Assembly: GCA_965277805.1 (NCBI GenBank)
Contig: OZ255842.1
Span: forward strand, 1,440,001 to 1,504,000
Reading direction: 5' to 3'
From: Candidatus Lustribacter sp.
GTDB taxonomy: Bacteria > Vulcanimicrobiota > Vulcanimicrobiia > Vulcanimicrobiales > Vulcanimicrobiaceae
Length of the DNA stretch: 64,000 nt
Shown: positions 28,162 to 39,248 of the stretch, in pieces
How the letters are laid out: each line of letters begins with the position of its first letter
Position numbering within the stretch: the first letter of the stretch is position 1
Made by a program: the position numbers and the translations under genes
Notes under the pieces: generated by a model
The model's input: only the letters and a program-made list of their open reading frames with translations
Told to the model about the DNA's origin: nothing
Database searches by the model: none

Positions 28162-28656
28162 GTGACCGCTCCGCCGCTGGCCGAGTATCATGACTTCTTC
28201 GTGGCCAGCGTCGGTGCGGCGGCCGCGCTTATCGGGCTGCTGTTCGTCGCCGTGAGCATCGCGCCGGAACGAACGTTCGGCGAGAACGCGGACCGCGGAC
28301 GCCGAGCGGATGCCGAACGCACGTTCACCGCACTCGTGAACATCTTTTTCGTGTCGCTTGCAGCGCTACTGCCGCGCTCTTCATTGCCGGCCATCGCGGT
28401 CATCGCGGCACTGGCGCTAGCCGGGGTCGTTCGCTTGGCTATCACGGCTTGGCGCACGCGCGGTGTACGCATGCCGTGGACCGAGATCGGCCTCTTATCA
28501 GTCGCGATCTACGCCTTCGAAGTCTCGCTGGCAGTGCGCATGATCCGGGGCTCCGCTACCGACGGTCTGATCTGGGTCGTGTTCGGGCTCTATTCTTACG
28601 CGATCGGCACCTCGTGGAAACTGCTCGGCGCGGAAAAGAAGCCCGCGTCGCCTTAG
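28162..28656 (+). CDS. Hypothetical membrane protein
   Basis: Several hydrophobic helices; FFVASVGAAAALIGLLFVAVSI. Confidence 0.7.
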   Translation: MTAPPLAEYHDFFVASVGAAAALIGLLFVAVSIAPERTFGENADRGRRADAERTFTALVNIFFVSLAALLPRSSLPAIAVIAALALAGVVRLAITAWRTRGVRMPWTEIGLLSVAIYAFEVSLAVRMIRGSATDGLIWVVFGLYSYAIGTSWKLLGAEKKPASP

Positions 28657-29180
28657 TTCGGCCGCATCCGCGCGAAGATATATTCGTCGTGGATCATGCC
28701 GCGCCGGTCGCAGATCGCGGCCGTCATCTTGGCTTCGAGCCGGAAGCCCGCTTTCTCGAGCACGCGCGACGAACCGACGTTCGGCGCCATGACGTTCGCC
28801 CACACGCGGCGCACGCGCAGCGTATCGAAGGCCCACTGCGTCGCGACTTGGACCGCTTCGCTCATCACGCCGCGGCCCCAAAAACGCTTGCCGAGCCAGT
28901 AGCCGAGGCTCGCCGTTCCGATCCGTTCGCCCTTACCGAGCAGGAAGCCGATACCGCCCGCGAGTTCGCCATCCACCTCGATCGCGAACTGGGCGATCGT
29001 CTCCGCGTTGCCCTGCTCTTTGAGCCAACGGTCCGCGTCGGCGCGCGTGTACGGTTGCGGGAAAACGTGCGAGAGGTAGCGCGCGATGTAGGGGTCGTTG
29101 GCGAGTGGTACGAGCGATTCGGCATCGCTGCCGAACCACTGACGGAGGCGGCAGGCGCGGCCTGCAATTGAAACGGGCAT
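28653..29180 (-). CDS. GNAT N-acetyltransferase (RimJ/RimL-like)
   Basis: LGYWLGKRFWGRGVMSEA, NVGSSRVLEKAGFRLE. Confidence 0.9.
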   Translation of the reverse strand: MPVSIAGRACRLRQWFGSDAESLVPLANDPYIARYLSHVFPQPYTRADADRWLKEQGNAETIAQFAIEVDGELAGGIGFLLGKGERIGTASLGYWLGKRFWGRGVMSEAVQVATQWAFDTLRVRRVWANVMAPNVGSSRVLEKAGFRLEAKMTAAICDRRGMIHDEYIFARMRPN

Positions 29181-29267
29181 CCAGTCGGGCTTCGACGGGC
29201 GGAAGACTTCCTCCCAAGGACGCAGCGCACAAAGGGCCGGAATTGGGCCCGCCCGAACCGCAATTCG

Positions 29268-29822
29268 ATGCCCGCGCTTGCTCGTCGCCGCGTTCTCATG
29301 TCACCCGCTTCGATCGAGCGGGCGGTCTCCCGCATGGCGCACCAAATCATCGAACCAGAGGAAGCGCAAGGCGGATTGGTCGTCATCGGCATTCGCCGCG
29401 GCGGCGAATCGCTGGCCCGCCGGCTGGTCACCGAGATCACCGCGATCAGCCATGAAGCGCCCGGGTTAGGTTTTCTTAACATCAATTTGTATCGCGATGA
29501 CGACGTTGCGCGCGAGCTGCCGGAATCGGAGATTCGCAGCGAGATCACGGGCAAGACCGTCGTGATCGTCGATGACGTTTTGTATACCGGCCGCACGGTG
29601 CGCGCGGCGCTCGATGCGGTGACCGACCTTGGCCGCCCGCGCGCGATTCGGCTCGCGGTGCTGGTCGATCGCGGGTTGCGCGAACTTCCCGTTCAAGCCG
29701 ACTACGTGGGAAAATTGATTCCGACGAGCCGGCGCGAGCATATCGACGTCGTGGTCGCGCCCCAGCGATCCGACGACGACTGCGTTTCGCTCGTCATCGA
29801 TGAGGAACGTGCCGCAACCTGA
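29268..29822 (+). CDS. pyrR: PyrR pyrimidine regulatory protein/uracil phosphoribosyltransferase
   Basis: RMAHQIIE, LYRDD, IVDDVLYTGRT, VDRGLRELP..ADYVG. Confidence 0.95.
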   Translation: MPALARRRVLMSPASIERAVSRMAHQIIEPEEAQGGLVVIGIRRGGESLARRLVTEITAISHEAPGLGFLNINLYRDDDVARELPESEIRSEITGKTVVIVDDVLYTGRTVRAALDAVTDLGRPRAIRLAVLVDRGLRELPVQADYVGKLIPTSRREHIDVVVAPQRSDDDCVSLVIDEERAAT

Positions 29823-30747
29823 ATTGAGGAACGTGCCGCCACGTAATTTGATCGACGTCGACGACGTCTCGCCGTCTGAACTGATCGCACTCATCGATCG
29901 AGCCACGGCGTTTAACCAAGCGGTTCCGCCGCGCGACTTGCTCGCCGGCATCCCCGTTCTCAACCTGTTTTTCGAATCGAGCACGCGCACGGCAACGTCG
30001 TTCACGCTCGCCGAGCAGCGGGTGGGAGCGGACGTGATTTCGTTTGCGCCCGGCGCGTCGTCGCTGGGCAAAGGCGAGACCATCGCCGACACCGCGATCA
30101 CGCTGCGCGCTATCGGCGTGCGCGTCATCGTCGTGCGCCATCACGAGTCGGGCTTTCCGCGGCGGCTGGCGGAGTCGTTCGACGGACACGTCATCAACGC
30201 GGGCGACGGCACGCACGCGCATCCGACGCAGGCGCTGCTCGACCTGATGACGTTGCGCGAACACGCCGGCCGCCTCGAAGGCTTGCGCGTCGCCATCGTC
30301 GGCGACATCCAGCACTCGCGCGTCGCGCGTTCGAACATCGTCGGAATGCGCATGCTGGGCGTCGAGGTCACGCTGGTCGGGCCGCGTACGCTGCTGCCCG
30401 ATTCGTTCGAAGGACCGGGCGTGCGCATCGAACGCGATCTCGACGCGGTCCTGCCGCACGTCGATGCGATCATGATGCTGCGCATCCAGCGCGAGCGGAT
30501 CACCTCGGGCCTGTTGCCCTCGCTCGACGACTACATTCGCCGCTTCCAGCTCAACCCGGCGCGTCTGGCGCGCCTGTCAAAGGACGCGATCATCCTGCAT
30601 CCGGGACCGTACAACCGCGGCGTCGAGCTCACCGATGAGGTGCTCGACGATCCGCGCTCGCGCTATGTCGTCCAAGTCCACAACGGCGTGTTCGTGCGCA
30701 TGGCCGTGCTCGAATTCCTCATCAATAGCGCGCGCGTGACGGCGTGA
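29800..30747 (+). CDS. pyrB: Aspartate carbamoyltransferase catalytic subunit
   Basis: FFESSTRT, NAGDG..HPTQ, HSRVARS, LRIQRER, HPGP. Alternative GTG starts at 29809 and 29833. Confidence 0.97.
   Translation: MRNVPQPELRNVPPRNLIDVDDVSPSELIALIDRATAFNQAVPPRDLLAGIPVLNLFFESSTRTATSFTLAEQRVGADVISFAPGASSLGKGETIADTAITLRAIGVRVIVVRHHESGFPRRLAESFDGHVINAGDGTHAHPTQALLDLMTLREHAGRLEGLRVAIVGDIQHSRVARSNIVGMRMLGVEVTLVGPRTLLPDSFEGPGVRIERDLDAVLPHVDAIMMLRIQRERITSGLLPSLDDYIRRFQLNPARLARLSKDAIILHPGPYNRGVELTDEVLDDPRSRYVVQVHNGVFVRMAVLEFLINSARVTA
29801..29848 (+). repeat. 24-bp imperfect tandem duplication at the pyrR/pyrB junction
   Basis: TGAGGAACGTGCCGC at 29801 and 29825. Confidence 0.75.
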
Positions 30748-32042
30748 AGACCGTCATCCGCGGCGGCCGGGTAATCGATCCCGGTCAGGGGCTCGATGCG
30801 GTGCGCGACGTCGTCATCGAGAACGGCTTCATCTCCGAAATCTGCGAGCATGCCGACACCGCCTACGCGCGCGTGGTCGATGCGACCGGCGCGATCGTTG
30901 CGCCGGGCTTCATTGACATGCACGTGCACTTGCGCGAACCGGGCTTCACGCACAAGGAGACGATCGCCACCGGCGCGGCGGCGGCCGTCGCCGGCGGTTT
31001 CACCGCCGTTGCTTGCATGCCCAACACCGAGCCGGCCCTCGATTCGGCGACGATCGTGGCCGACGTGATGCGCCGCGCCGAAGCGGCCGGCCTCGCGCGC
31101 GTCTATCCGATCGGCGCCGTGACCAAGGCGCGCGCCGGCGTCGAACTCGCACCCTATCATCTCCTCGCCGACGCCGGCTGCGTCGCCTTCAGCGACGACG
31201 GCACGACCGTCGCAAATCCGCTCGTGCTGCGCAACGCCGCGCGGTATGCGAGCGACCTAAACTCGATCTTCGTCTCGCACTGCGAAGATGCGAACCTCAA
31301 GGGCGACGCCGTAATGAACGAGGGCCTGCCGTCGGCGCGGCTGGGTTTGCCCGCGAGCCCGGGCTTGGCCGAAGACATCATCGTCGCGCGCGACCTGCTG
31401 ATCGCGGAGGACACCGGCAAACCGTGGCACATCGCGCACGTCTCGACGGCGACCTCGCTCGATCTGATGCGCTGGGCGCGCAGCCGCGGCGTGCGCGCCA
31501 CCTGCGAGGTGACGCCGCATCACTTGCTGCTGCTCGACGATCGCTTCGACAACTATCGCGCCGATGCGAAGGTCAACCCGCCGCTGCGCGCCGAGCGGGA
31601 TCGCAAGGCGCTGCTCGAAGGCGTGCGCGACGGCACGATCGAGGTCTTCGCCACCGACCACGCGCCGCACGGCCTGGATGAAAAGGCGCAACTGCTCAGC
31701 GAAGCGCCGGTCGGTTTCAGCGGGCTCGAAATCGCGCTCGGCGCTTACGCGGCCGCGCTGCCGGATCTGCCGCTCCGGCGCATGATCGAATTGCATAGCG
31801 TCAATCCCGCGCGCATCCTGGGCGTGCCCGGCGGCTCGCTCACGGTCGGCAGCGTCGGCGACGTGACGGTGTTCGCCGATCGTCAGTGGACGGTCGACGC
31901 GCGGCTGTTCCATTCCAAAGGCAAAAACACGCCGTTCGACGGCGCGACCTTCCCGCGCCGCGCGCTGGCGACGATCGTGGCGGGCGCGGTCGTCTACGAA
32001 CACGGACGCGTGCTGCCGCGCGACGAAGCCGTACACTCGTGA
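30744..32042 (+). CDS. pyrC: Dihydroorotase
   Basis: DMHVHLREPG, MPNTEP, EVTPHH, KVNPPLR, TDHAPH. Confidence 0.96.
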   Translation: MKTVIRGGRVIDPGQGLDAVRDVVIENGFISEICEHADTAYARVVDATGAIVAPGFIDMHVHLREPGFTHKETIATGAAAAVAGGFTAVACMPNTEPALDSATIVADVMRRAEAAGLARVYPIGAVTKARAGVELAPYHLLADAGCVAFSDDGTTVANPLVLRNAARYASDLNSIFVSHCEDANLKGDAVMNEGLPSARLGLPASPGLAEDIIVARDLLIAEDTGKPWHIAHVSTATSLDLMRWARSRGVRATCEVTPHHLLLLDDRFDNYRADAKVNPPLRAERDRKALLEGVRDGTIEVFATDHAPHGLDEKAQLLSEAPVGFSGLEIALGAYAAALPDLPLRRMIELHSVNPARILGVPGGSLTVGSVGDVTVFADRQWTVDARLFHSKGKNTPFDGATFPRRALATIVAGAVVYEHGRVLPRDEAVHS

Positions 32043-33139
32043 AGCCGGGGAAGAAGTACCAAACCAAGCGCGCCGCGCTTTTGCTCGCCGACGGGACCCG
32101 TTTTGAAGGCGACGGTCTCGGCCCCGACGCGACGGCCCTGGGCGAAGCCGTGTTCTACACCGGCATGACCGGCTATGAAGAGGCGCTGACGGATCCGTCG
32201 TACGCCGGCCAAATCCTCACATTCACCTATCCGCTGATCGGCAACTACGGCGTCTCGCGGTCGGTCTCGCAGCACCCGCACGCAACCACCGCCGGCTGCG
32301 TCATGAAGCACCTCGCGCGCCGGCCGTCGCACTTCGAGAACGTGATCGATCTCGGCACCTGGCTCGAAGAGCAGGCCGTCCCGACGATCGTCGGCGTCGA
32401 CACGCGCGCGCTGACGATCGCGCTGCGCGAACACGGCACGATCGGCGCCGCGCTCGCGGTGGGCGACAAAGCCGTCGCCGGCGTCGATGCGACGCTGGCC
32501 GACTACGTGCGCACGATGACGACGTCCGGTCTCGTCGAGAGCGTGGCCGATGCGTATCGCGTGGGTGAGTCGATCGGCCACGGCAGCACGCACGTCGTGC
32601 TGCTTGATTGCGGCGTCAAGCGCGCGATCATTCGCGAACTCGAGGCACTCGATGCGCGCGTCACCGTGCTGCCGTTCGGCGCGACGCGCGATGAGATCAA
32701 CGTCTACAATCCCGATGCGATCGTGATCTCGCCGGGTCCCGGCGATCCGCGCGACCTGCCCGGTACCGTCGAGACGCTGCGCGGGTTCGTCGGCGAGGTG
32801 CCGATGTTCGGCGTGTGTCTGGGCCACCAGTTGCTGGCGCTGGCGTGCGGGGCGCAGACGTTCAAGCTGCCCTACGGCCATCGCGGCGGCAATCAGCCGG
32901 TCAAGGACGTCCTCAACGACGAGGTACTGATCACCGCGCACAACCACGGCTACTCCGTCGACGGCGCGACGCTGCCGGATCACCTCGAAGCAACGATGGT
33001 TAACCTCAACGACGGCACGAACGAGGGCTTCCGCCACCGCACGCTGCCGATCGCCGCGGTGCAGTTCCATCCCGAGGCTTCGCCGGGCCCGTTCGACGCG
33101 CGTGGACTATTCCGGGGCTGGTTGGATTCGCTGCGCTGA
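32039..33139 (+). CDS. carA: Carbamoyl-phosphate synthase small subunit
   Basis: TGMTGY..LTDPSY, SPGPGDP, GVCLGHQ, GHRGGNQP, QFHPE. Confidence 0.96.
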   Translation: MKPGKKYQTKRAALLLADGTRFEGDGLGPDATALGEAVFYTGMTGYEEALTDPSYAGQILTFTYPLIGNYGVSRSVSQHPHATTAGCVMKHLARRPSHFENVIDLGTWLEEQAVPTIVGVDTRALTIALREHGTIGAALAVGDKAVAGVDATLADYVRTMTTSGLVESVADAYRVGESIGHGSTHVVLLDCGVKRAIIRELEALDARVTVLPFGATRDEINVYNPDAIVISPGPGDPRDLPGTVETLRGFVGEVPMFGVCLGHQLLALACGAQTFKLPYGHRGGNQPVKDVLNDEVLITAHNHGYSVDGATLPDHLEATMVNLNDGTNEGFRHRTLPIAAVQFHPEASPGPFDARGLFRGWLDSLR

Positions 33140-34019
33140 GCGCGCGGCATTCGTTTGCGCCGCGCTGCTCGCGTTTGCGCCGGCCGCGGCACAGGCCCAA
33201 AACCTGCCGGTGCTGCGCATCACCGCGCTCGGACTGCACGCCGACCAGCGCGTCGTGCGGCCCGGGCAGTCGTTTCACGTGACCGTTCACGTACACATCC
33301 GCGAGAAGCGCGACCGCCTGGACGAACTCGTGCTGCCGGCCTTGACCAACGCCGTCGATCTCGGTGACGAGCGCCGGCGCGTCCCGGCCCATGACGGCAC
33401 CGACTTCTACGAAACGCTGACGGTCGCGGCGCAAACGGTCGGCACGGCGTCGTTCACGCCGGCGTACATCGATGCGATCGATCCGGCGACCGGCCGCGGC
33501 ATGCGCTACTCCTCGCAACCGCTGAGCGTGCGCGTCGCGTTGGGAACGACCGTCTCGGATGCCGACTCCGGCGCGCTTATGGCGCTCTTGCGCAAGGCCG
33601 CGCTCACGGTGGCCGCCATCGCAGTCATGCTCGCGGTCGTCATCGTGGGGCTCGTGCGCCTCGCACGCCGTCCGAAGCGCGTGGTCTACGCGACTCCGCC
33701 CGTGCCGCCGCCGGCGCCGCGCAAGTCCGGACCGCCGCCCGATCCGTTGCGTGAAGCGCTGCGCGTCTATCGCGCGCGCGCCGATGACGAATCGCTCGAT
33801 GCGTTGCGTAACATACTGTTCACGCGCGCCGGCGCGGGTCCCGGCGCGACCTTCGCCGATGCGTTGCGTGCGCTCGGGACGCGCGATCCCGAACTCGGCC
33901 GCGTGATGGCGGTGGCGGAGCGCGCGCGCTTCGGTCCGGTCCACGAACGCGCGCCCGCTGCCCGCGACTTGCTCACGCTGATGGACGCGTACCTCGCCGC
34001 GCGCCAGCCCGTCGCGTGA
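33102..34019 (+). CDS. Hypothetical secreted/membrane protein (BatD-like position)
   Basis: Signal peptide, Ig-like beta region, TM helix, Pro-rich linker; precedes MoxR. Start uncertain. Confidence 0.6.
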   Translation: MDYSGAGWIRCAERAAFVCAALLAFAPAAAQAQNLPVLRITALGLHADQRVVRPGQSFHVTVHVHIREKRDRLDELVLPALTNAVDLGDERRRVPAHDGTDFYETLTVAAQTVGTASFTPAYIDAIDPATGRGMRYSSQPLSVRVALGTTVSDADSGALMALLRKAALTVAAIAVMLAVVIVGLVRLARRPKRVVYATPPVPPPAPRKSGPPPDPLREALRVYRARADDESLDALRNILFTRAGAGPGATFADALRALGTRDPELGRVMAVAERARFGPVHERAPAARDLLTLMDAYLAARQPVA

Positions 34020-34933
34020 GCACGCCGCACGAGGTCCGCGATGCGCTCGCGCGCACGATCGTCGGACAGCGCGAAGTGGTCGATGCGCTCGTGATGGGAC
34101 TGCTCGCCGACGGCCACGTGCTGCTCGAGGGCATGCCCGGTGTGGCGAAGACCTTAGCCTGCCGCGCGCTCGCGGCCGCCGTCGGGGGAATCTTCAAGCG
34201 CGTGCAGTTCACGCCCGACTTGCTGCCCAGCGACATCATCGGCACGCGAGTGTTCGATCAGCGCAGCGGCGAGTTCGTCACCGTGCGCGGTCCGCTCTTC
34301 GCGAACATCGTGCTGGCGGACGAAATCAACCGGGCGCCGGCGAAGGTGCAATCGGCGCTGCTCGAAGGGATGCAGGAGCGGCGCGCGACGATCGGGCCCG
34401 ATACGCTGCCGCTGCCGCGTCCGTTTGCCGTGCTCGCCACGATGAACCCGTTCGATGCCGACGGCACGTACGCGCTGCCGCTGGCGCAGCTCGACCGGTT
34501 CTTGCTCAACGTGCGCGTCGGCTATCCCTCGCGCGAAGACGAGCGCACGATCGTCGACCGTTTCTCGGCCGAGACGGCGGAACCGGAACGCGATATCGCG
34601 ACGCTCGCCGACGTCGAGCGCTGGCAAGTGGAAGTACGCGCGGTGCATCTCAACGATCGCGTGCGCGACTATGCCGTGGATCTCGTGCGCGCCACGCGCG
34701 GCGCGCGCTACGTCGCCTCGGGCGCATCGCCGCGTGCAGCGCTCGCGCTGGCGATCCTGGCGCGTGCGCGGGCGTACTTGGACGGCCGATCGTTCGCCGT
34801 CCCCGATGACGTGCGCGAGCTCGCGCCGGGTGTATTGCGGCATCGCGTTGCGTTCGACTACCGGCTCGCCATTGACGGCGGAGACGGCGACACCGTGCTC
34901 GCGGAGATCGTCGCGAGCGTGCCGGCGCCGTGA
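34016..34933 (+). CDS. moxR: MoxR family AAA+ ATPase
   Basis: HVLLEGMPGVAKT, QFTPDLLPSDI, LADEINRAPAKVQSALL, AQLDRF, GASPR. Confidence 0.93.
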   Translation: MSTPHEVRDALARTIVGQREVVDALVMGLLADGHVLLEGMPGVAKTLACRALAAAVGGIFKRVQFTPDLLPSDIIGTRVFDQRSGEFVTVRGPLFANIVLADEINRAPAKVQSALLEGMQERRATIGPDTLPLPRPFAVLATMNPFDADGTYALPLAQLDRFLLNVRVGYPSREDERTIVDRFSAETAEPERDIATLADVERWQVEVRAVHLNDRVRDYAVDLVRATRGARYVASGASPRAALALAILARARAYLDGRSFAVPDDVRELAPGVLRHRVAFDYRLAIDGGDGDTVLAEIVASVPAP

Positions 34934-35724
34934 ACCCGCTGCGGGCGGCGATCGTACGCGGCGCGCGCCACGTCTACGCCGGCGGCACGGTCGCGCGCGG
35001 CGCCCGGCCGGGCGACGGGTACGTGTTCGACCGCTTGCGCGGTTACGCCGAAGGCGACGACCCGCGTCGCATCGACTGGTCGGCGACCGCGCGCATCGGT
35101 TCGCTGCAGACGCGCGTCTATCTCGAAGAGACCGTGCTGGTGCTGGGCGCGCTGGTCGATGAGTCGCCCTCGATGCGGCTCGGACGCAAGCGCGCGCTGA
35201 GCACGGCGGCCGAAGAAGCGGTGCGCGCGTGGTTCGGCGCGGCCGAAAATACGGACCGGGCGGGCCGCATCGTGGACGAACGCCTGATCGGCGATCGCCG
35301 CGCGACCGTCGACGTGCGTGCAAACGGGCCGTTCGATTTGCGCCGTTCGCTCGAACTGGCCGTGCGCGCGCTGCCGCAGGGCAGCTCGTTCTTGCTGATC
35401 ACCGACGGGCTCGACATCGCCGGCGAAACGTTCGCCGACGTGCTGCTGCGCAGCGCGCGGCGATTCGACGCAACCGTACTGCTGGCGCGCGATCCGTGGA
35501 TCGACGGCTTGCCGTTGCGCGGATTCGTGCGCATCCGCGATGCCGAGAGCGGCCGTTCGCGACGCGTGTTCGTCGGGCCGCGCACGCGCGAACGCTATCG
35601 GAAGGCGAGCGCCGAACGCGACGCGGCGATTCGCGCAGCCTTCGAGCGCGCGCGCTGGCGCATCGGAACGCTCGATGAAGCCGACGGTGCGAGCTCGCTC
35701 GAGCGTGCGTTCGGCCTGCGATGA
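34930..35724 (+). CDS. DUF58 domain protein
   Basis: LRGYAEGDDPRRIDWSATAR, VDESPSM. Confidence 0.85.
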   Translation: MNPLRAAIVRGARHVYAGGTVARGARPGDGYVFDRLRGYAEGDDPRRIDWSATARIGSLQTRVYLEETVLVLGALVDESPSMRLGRKRALSTAAEEAVRAWFGAAENTDRAGRIVDERLIGDRRATVDVRANGPFDLRRSLELAVRALPQGSSFLLITDGLDIAGETFADVLLRSARRFDATVLLARDPWIDGLPLRGFVRIRDAESGRSRRVFVGPRTRERYRKASAERDAAIRAAFERARWRIGTLDEADGASSLERAFGLR

Positions 35725-36644
35725 CGTTCGCCCACCCGCTCTTTCTCGTGCTGGCGGTCGTCGTCGCCGCGGCGTTCGCCGCGATCGTCGCAGCCGGCGC
35801 GCGACGCTCGCGCGGCGTGGCGCTCGCGTACTCCGATCTGGCGTTTCTCGAGAGCACGATCGGGCGCGCGCCACCGTGGACCGCGATCTTCGCCGGCGTC
35901 TGGGTGCTCGCGCTCCTGTGCGCGGGGATTGCGGTCGCGCGTCCCGCCGTCGTCGCGACCGTGCCGGTGCACGACGCGGCGATCGTGCTCTGCATCGATA
36001 CCTCCGGTTCGATGGCCTCGACCGACGTCGCGCCGACGCGTTCGCAAGCCTCGCGCGATGCCGCGCTCACCTTCATCAACGGCGTCCCGGACGGGACGCG
36101 CATCGGCCTCGTCGCCTTCGCCGCGCAAGCCTTTCCGCTCGGCCCGTTGAGCGACGACCGCGCTGCGGTGCGCGATGCACTGGGCCGCTTGCCCGAACCC
36201 AACGGTGGTACCGCGATCGGCGATGCGCTGGCCGAAGCCGCGCGCTTGTTGCCGCCGGGCGGGCGGAGGGCGATCGTGCTCGTTACCGACGGCGTGAACA
36301 ACGCCGGCAGCGATCCGCTCGCGGTCGCGTCCGAGATCGGTGCGCGAGGCGTCACGATCTTCACGATCGGGATCGGCACCAACGGCAGCGGGCTCGAGAT
36401 TCCCGGCACCGGCGACGAAGCGGAGTTGGATGAAGATGCACTGCGTTCGATTGCCGCCTCCGGAAACGGCACCTACTCGCGCGTGAGCGATGCGGATGCG
36501 CTGACGCGCCGCCTCGGCAGCCTGGCGCGCGCCACGATCGACGAACGCCGCCGCATCGATCTGACCGAGCAATTCGCGCTGGCCGCCGGCGTGCTGGCGT
36601 TCGGGGCCACGCTCGGCGCGCTCGCCCTCGGCCGGTTTCCATGA
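35721..36644 (+). CDS. VWA domain protein (BatA-like)
   Basis: MTFAHP start, [24 protein letters not shown]. Confidence 0.9.
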   Translation: MTFAHPLFLVLAVVVAAAFAAIVAAGARRSRGVALAYSDLAFLESTIGRAPPWTAIFAGVWVLALLCAGIAVARPAVVATVPVHDAAIVLCIDTSGSMASTDVAPTRSQASRDAALTFINGVPDGTRIGLVAFAAQAFPLGPLSDDRAAVRDALGRLPEPNGGTAIGDALAEAARLLPPGGRRAIVLVTDGVNNAGSDPLAVASEIGARGVTIFTIGIGTNGSGLEIPGTGDEAELDEDALRSIAASGNGTYSRVSDADALTRRLGSLARATIDERRRIDLTEQFALAAGVLAFGATLGALALGRFP

Positions 36645-37297
36645 AAAAGGGTTCAATGAGCGATCCGTTTATCGACACGCGGCATAGCTACGATCGCGAC
36701 ACGCTCGATGAGTCGCGCGCGGCGGACGAGCCGTTCGCGCAGTTCCGTAGCTGGATCGGCGACGCGCTCGCGGCCGAGGTGATCGAGCCCAACGCGATGA
36801 CGCTGGCAACCGTAAACGCCGATGGAAATCCTGCCGCGCGCATCGTTTTGTTGCGCGGGTGGGACGAGCGCGGCTTCGTGTTCTTTACGAATTACGAATC
36901 GAGCAAAGGCCGCGAGATCGCCGCCAACCCGTCCGCGGCACTGGTGCTCTTTTGGGCGAAGCTCGAGCGGCAAGTGCGTATCAACGGCCGGGTGGAGATC
37001 TTGCGCGCCGAAGAGTCGGATGCGTACTTCGCCAAGCGCCCGCGCGGCAGCCGCGTGAGCGCATGGGCGTCACCGCAAAGCCAAGTCATTCCCGGGCGTG
37101 ACGTGCTCGAACGCAGGATGGACGAGATCGAGGCGCGCTTTGCGGGCGGCGACGTACCGCGGCCGCCGTTTTGGGGCGGCTACCGCGTCGTTCCCGAGCG
37201 CATCGAGTTTTGGCAGGGCCGGCCGAACCGCGCGCACGACCGGATCTGCTACAGCACGAGCGCCGGCGGCTGGACGCGCGAGCGCCTAGCGCCGTGA
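36641..37297 (+). CDS. pdxH: Pyridoxamine 5'-phosphate oxidase
   Basis: [42 protein letters not shown]. Confidence 0.95.
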   Translation: MKKGSMSDPFIDTRHSYDRDTLDESRAADEPFAQFRSWIGDALAAEVIEPNAMTLATVNADGNPAARIVLLRGWDERGFVFFTNYESSKGREIAANPSAALVLFWAKLERQVRINGRVEILRAEESDAYFAKRPRGSRVSAWASPQSQVIPGRDVLERRMDEIEARFAGGDVPRPPFWGGYRVVPERIEFWQGRPNRAHDRICYSTSAGGWTRERLAP

Positions 37298-37983
37298 GCG
37301 CGGTCTTCATCGCCGGGGCCACCGGCGTGATCGGCGCGCGCCTCACGCCGCTGTTGCTGGCGGCCGGCTACGACGTGCACGCACTCACGCGCGATCCCGA
37401 AAAGGCGCGCAACCTGGAAACGCGCGGCGTGCACGCGACGGTCGGCGACATCTTCGACGCCGGCGCGGTGCGCGACGCCTTGGCGCGCGCGCAGCCCGAA
37501 CTCGTCATTCACCAGCTCACCGACTTGCCGCATGCACGCCACGAGCGCGGCGATCCGGCCGCGCTGGCGCGCAACGCCCGCATTCGTATCGAAGGCACGC
37601 AGCATCTCGTCGATGCGGCGCTTGCGGGTGGGGCGCAGCGCATGCTGGCCCAGAGCATCGCCTTTGCGTATGCCGACGGTCGCGAGCCGCACGTGGAGAG
37701 CGACCCGCTCGATCCGGCGACGCGCGGCTCGGTGATCGCGCTCGAGCGCCTGGTGCTGGAGTCGCCGCCGCTGATCGGTACCGTGCTGCGCTACGGCTCG
37801 CTCTACGGCCCCGGCACCTGGTTCGACACGGCGACCGGTAACGTTCCGGTTCAGATCGACGCGGCGGTCCGGGCGACGATGCTTGCAATCGAGCGTGGCG
37901 CGACCGGCGTGTTCAACATCGCCGAGGAGCGCGGCTGCGTCGACGCGGGCCGCGCAAGAAACCTGCTCGGATGGCGGCCCTAG
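37294..37983 (+). CDS. NAD-dependent epimerase/dehydratase family
   Basis: [29 protein letters not shown]. Confidence 0.88.
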   Translation: MSAVFIAGATGVIGARLTPLLLAAGYDVHALTRDPEKARNLETRGVHATVGDIFDAGAVRDALARAQPELVIHQLTDLPHARHERGDPAALARNARIRIEGTQHLVDAALAGGAQRMLAQSIAFAYADGREPHVESDPLDPATRGSVIALERLVLESPPLIGTVLRYGSLYGPGTWFDTATGNVPVQIDAAVRATMLAIERGATGVFNIAEERGCVDAGRARNLLGWRP

Positions 37984-38057
37984 GCGCAGGGCAATTGCGG
38001 GCGTCACCCAAGAGTACCGACGCCCGTTGAGCGGGCTCATTAAAGAGAGGGTTGCCC

Positions 38058-39224
38058 ATGCTCGTGCGCCGTCTAACTATCATCGGCATCGCCATGGCGA
38101 TGTGTCTCGTTCCCGCGTTGCGCGCGTTCGCCGCGGATCCGTACGACATCGACGTCGTGCTGCCGATCACCGGGACGTTTGCCTTCGTCGGCACGACGCA
38201 CCAAAAAGAGCTGCAAGTGCTCGAGGGCGTCGTCAACAAACAGGGCGGCATCAAGGGCCGCCCGGTGCATTTCGTCTTTCACGACGACACGAGCAACCCC
38301 GAGACATCGCTGCAGATCCACCAGGCGATCCTAGCCAAACATCCGGCCGTCGTACTGGGTTCCTCGCTCGGGGCGCTCTGCCAGGCCACCACCCCGCTCT
38401 ATCTCACGAACGGGCCGGTGAACTATTGCTTCTCGCCGGTGATTCCGACGACGAAGGGCAGCTACGTGTTCTCGGCGAGCGTTAGCGGCCGCGACCTCAT
38501 CTACGCCACGATCCGTTACTTCCACGGTAAGGGCTACAAGAAGATCGCGACGTTGAACACGACCGACGCGTCGGGCCAGATCGGGGATCGCGACATCGCG
38601 TCCGTCATGCAAGAGCCCGAATTCAAAGACATGACGCTGCTGACCGCCGAGCACTTCAGCGCCGCGGATACGAGCGTGACGGCGCAAGTCTCGAAGATCA
38701 AAGCGCTCGGGCCGCAGGCGATCATCATCTGGGCACCGGGAACGGCGTTCGGCACGGCGCTGCACGCGGTCACGGACATCGGGCTCAACGTTCCCGTCGC
38801 CACGACGAGCGCTAATATGATCATCGCGCAGATGAAATCGTACGCCTCGTTCGTTCCGAGGGACGTGCTCTTCCAAGGCGTGCCGTACGTCGCCGGGGCC
38901 GCACATAAGGACTCGCCGGCGATGGCCGCCTACGCCGCCGCGATGAAGGACAACAACATGCCGCAAGATTTCCAGACCGGCATGGCCTGGGATCCGGCGA
39001 TGGTCGTCATCGACGCGCTGCGCAAGATCGGACCCGACGCGACCGCCGCGCAACTGCACACCTATCTCGAAGGCTTGCACGACTACACCGGCATCACCGG
39101 GACCTACGACTTCCGCGACGGCAGCCAGCGCGGCCTCGGCGTCGACTCGACGCTGATCATGCGCTGGGATCCCGACAAGAACGACTTCGTGAGCGTCAGT
39201 AAGGCCGGCGGAGCACCGATGTAA
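38058..39224 (+). CDS. ABC substrate-binding protein, Leu/Ile/Val-binding family
   Basis: Signal peptide; GGIKGRPV..DDTSNP; paralog of the 4741 gene. Confidence 0.87.
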   Translation: MLVRRLTIIGIAMAMCLVPALRAFAADPYDIDVVLPITGTFAFVGTTHQKELQVLEGVVNKQGGIKGRPVHFVFHDDTSNPETSLQIHQAILAKHPAVVLGSSLGALCQATTPLYLTNGPVNYCFSPVIPTTKGSYVFSASVSGRDLIYATIRYFHGKGYKKIATLNTTDASGQIGDRDIASVMQEPEFKDMTLLTAEHFSAADTSVTAQVSKIKALGPQAIIIWAPGTAFGTALHAVTDIGLNVPVATTSANMIIAQMKSYASFVPRDVLFQGVPYVAGAAHKDSPAMAAYAAAMKDNNMPQDFQTGMAWDPAMVVIDALRKIGPDATAAQLHTYLEGLHDYTGITGTYDFRDGSQRGLGVDSTLIMRWDPDKNDFVSVSKAGGAPM

Positions 39225-39248
39225 TCGTTTCGGCACTGTTTTTACGCA

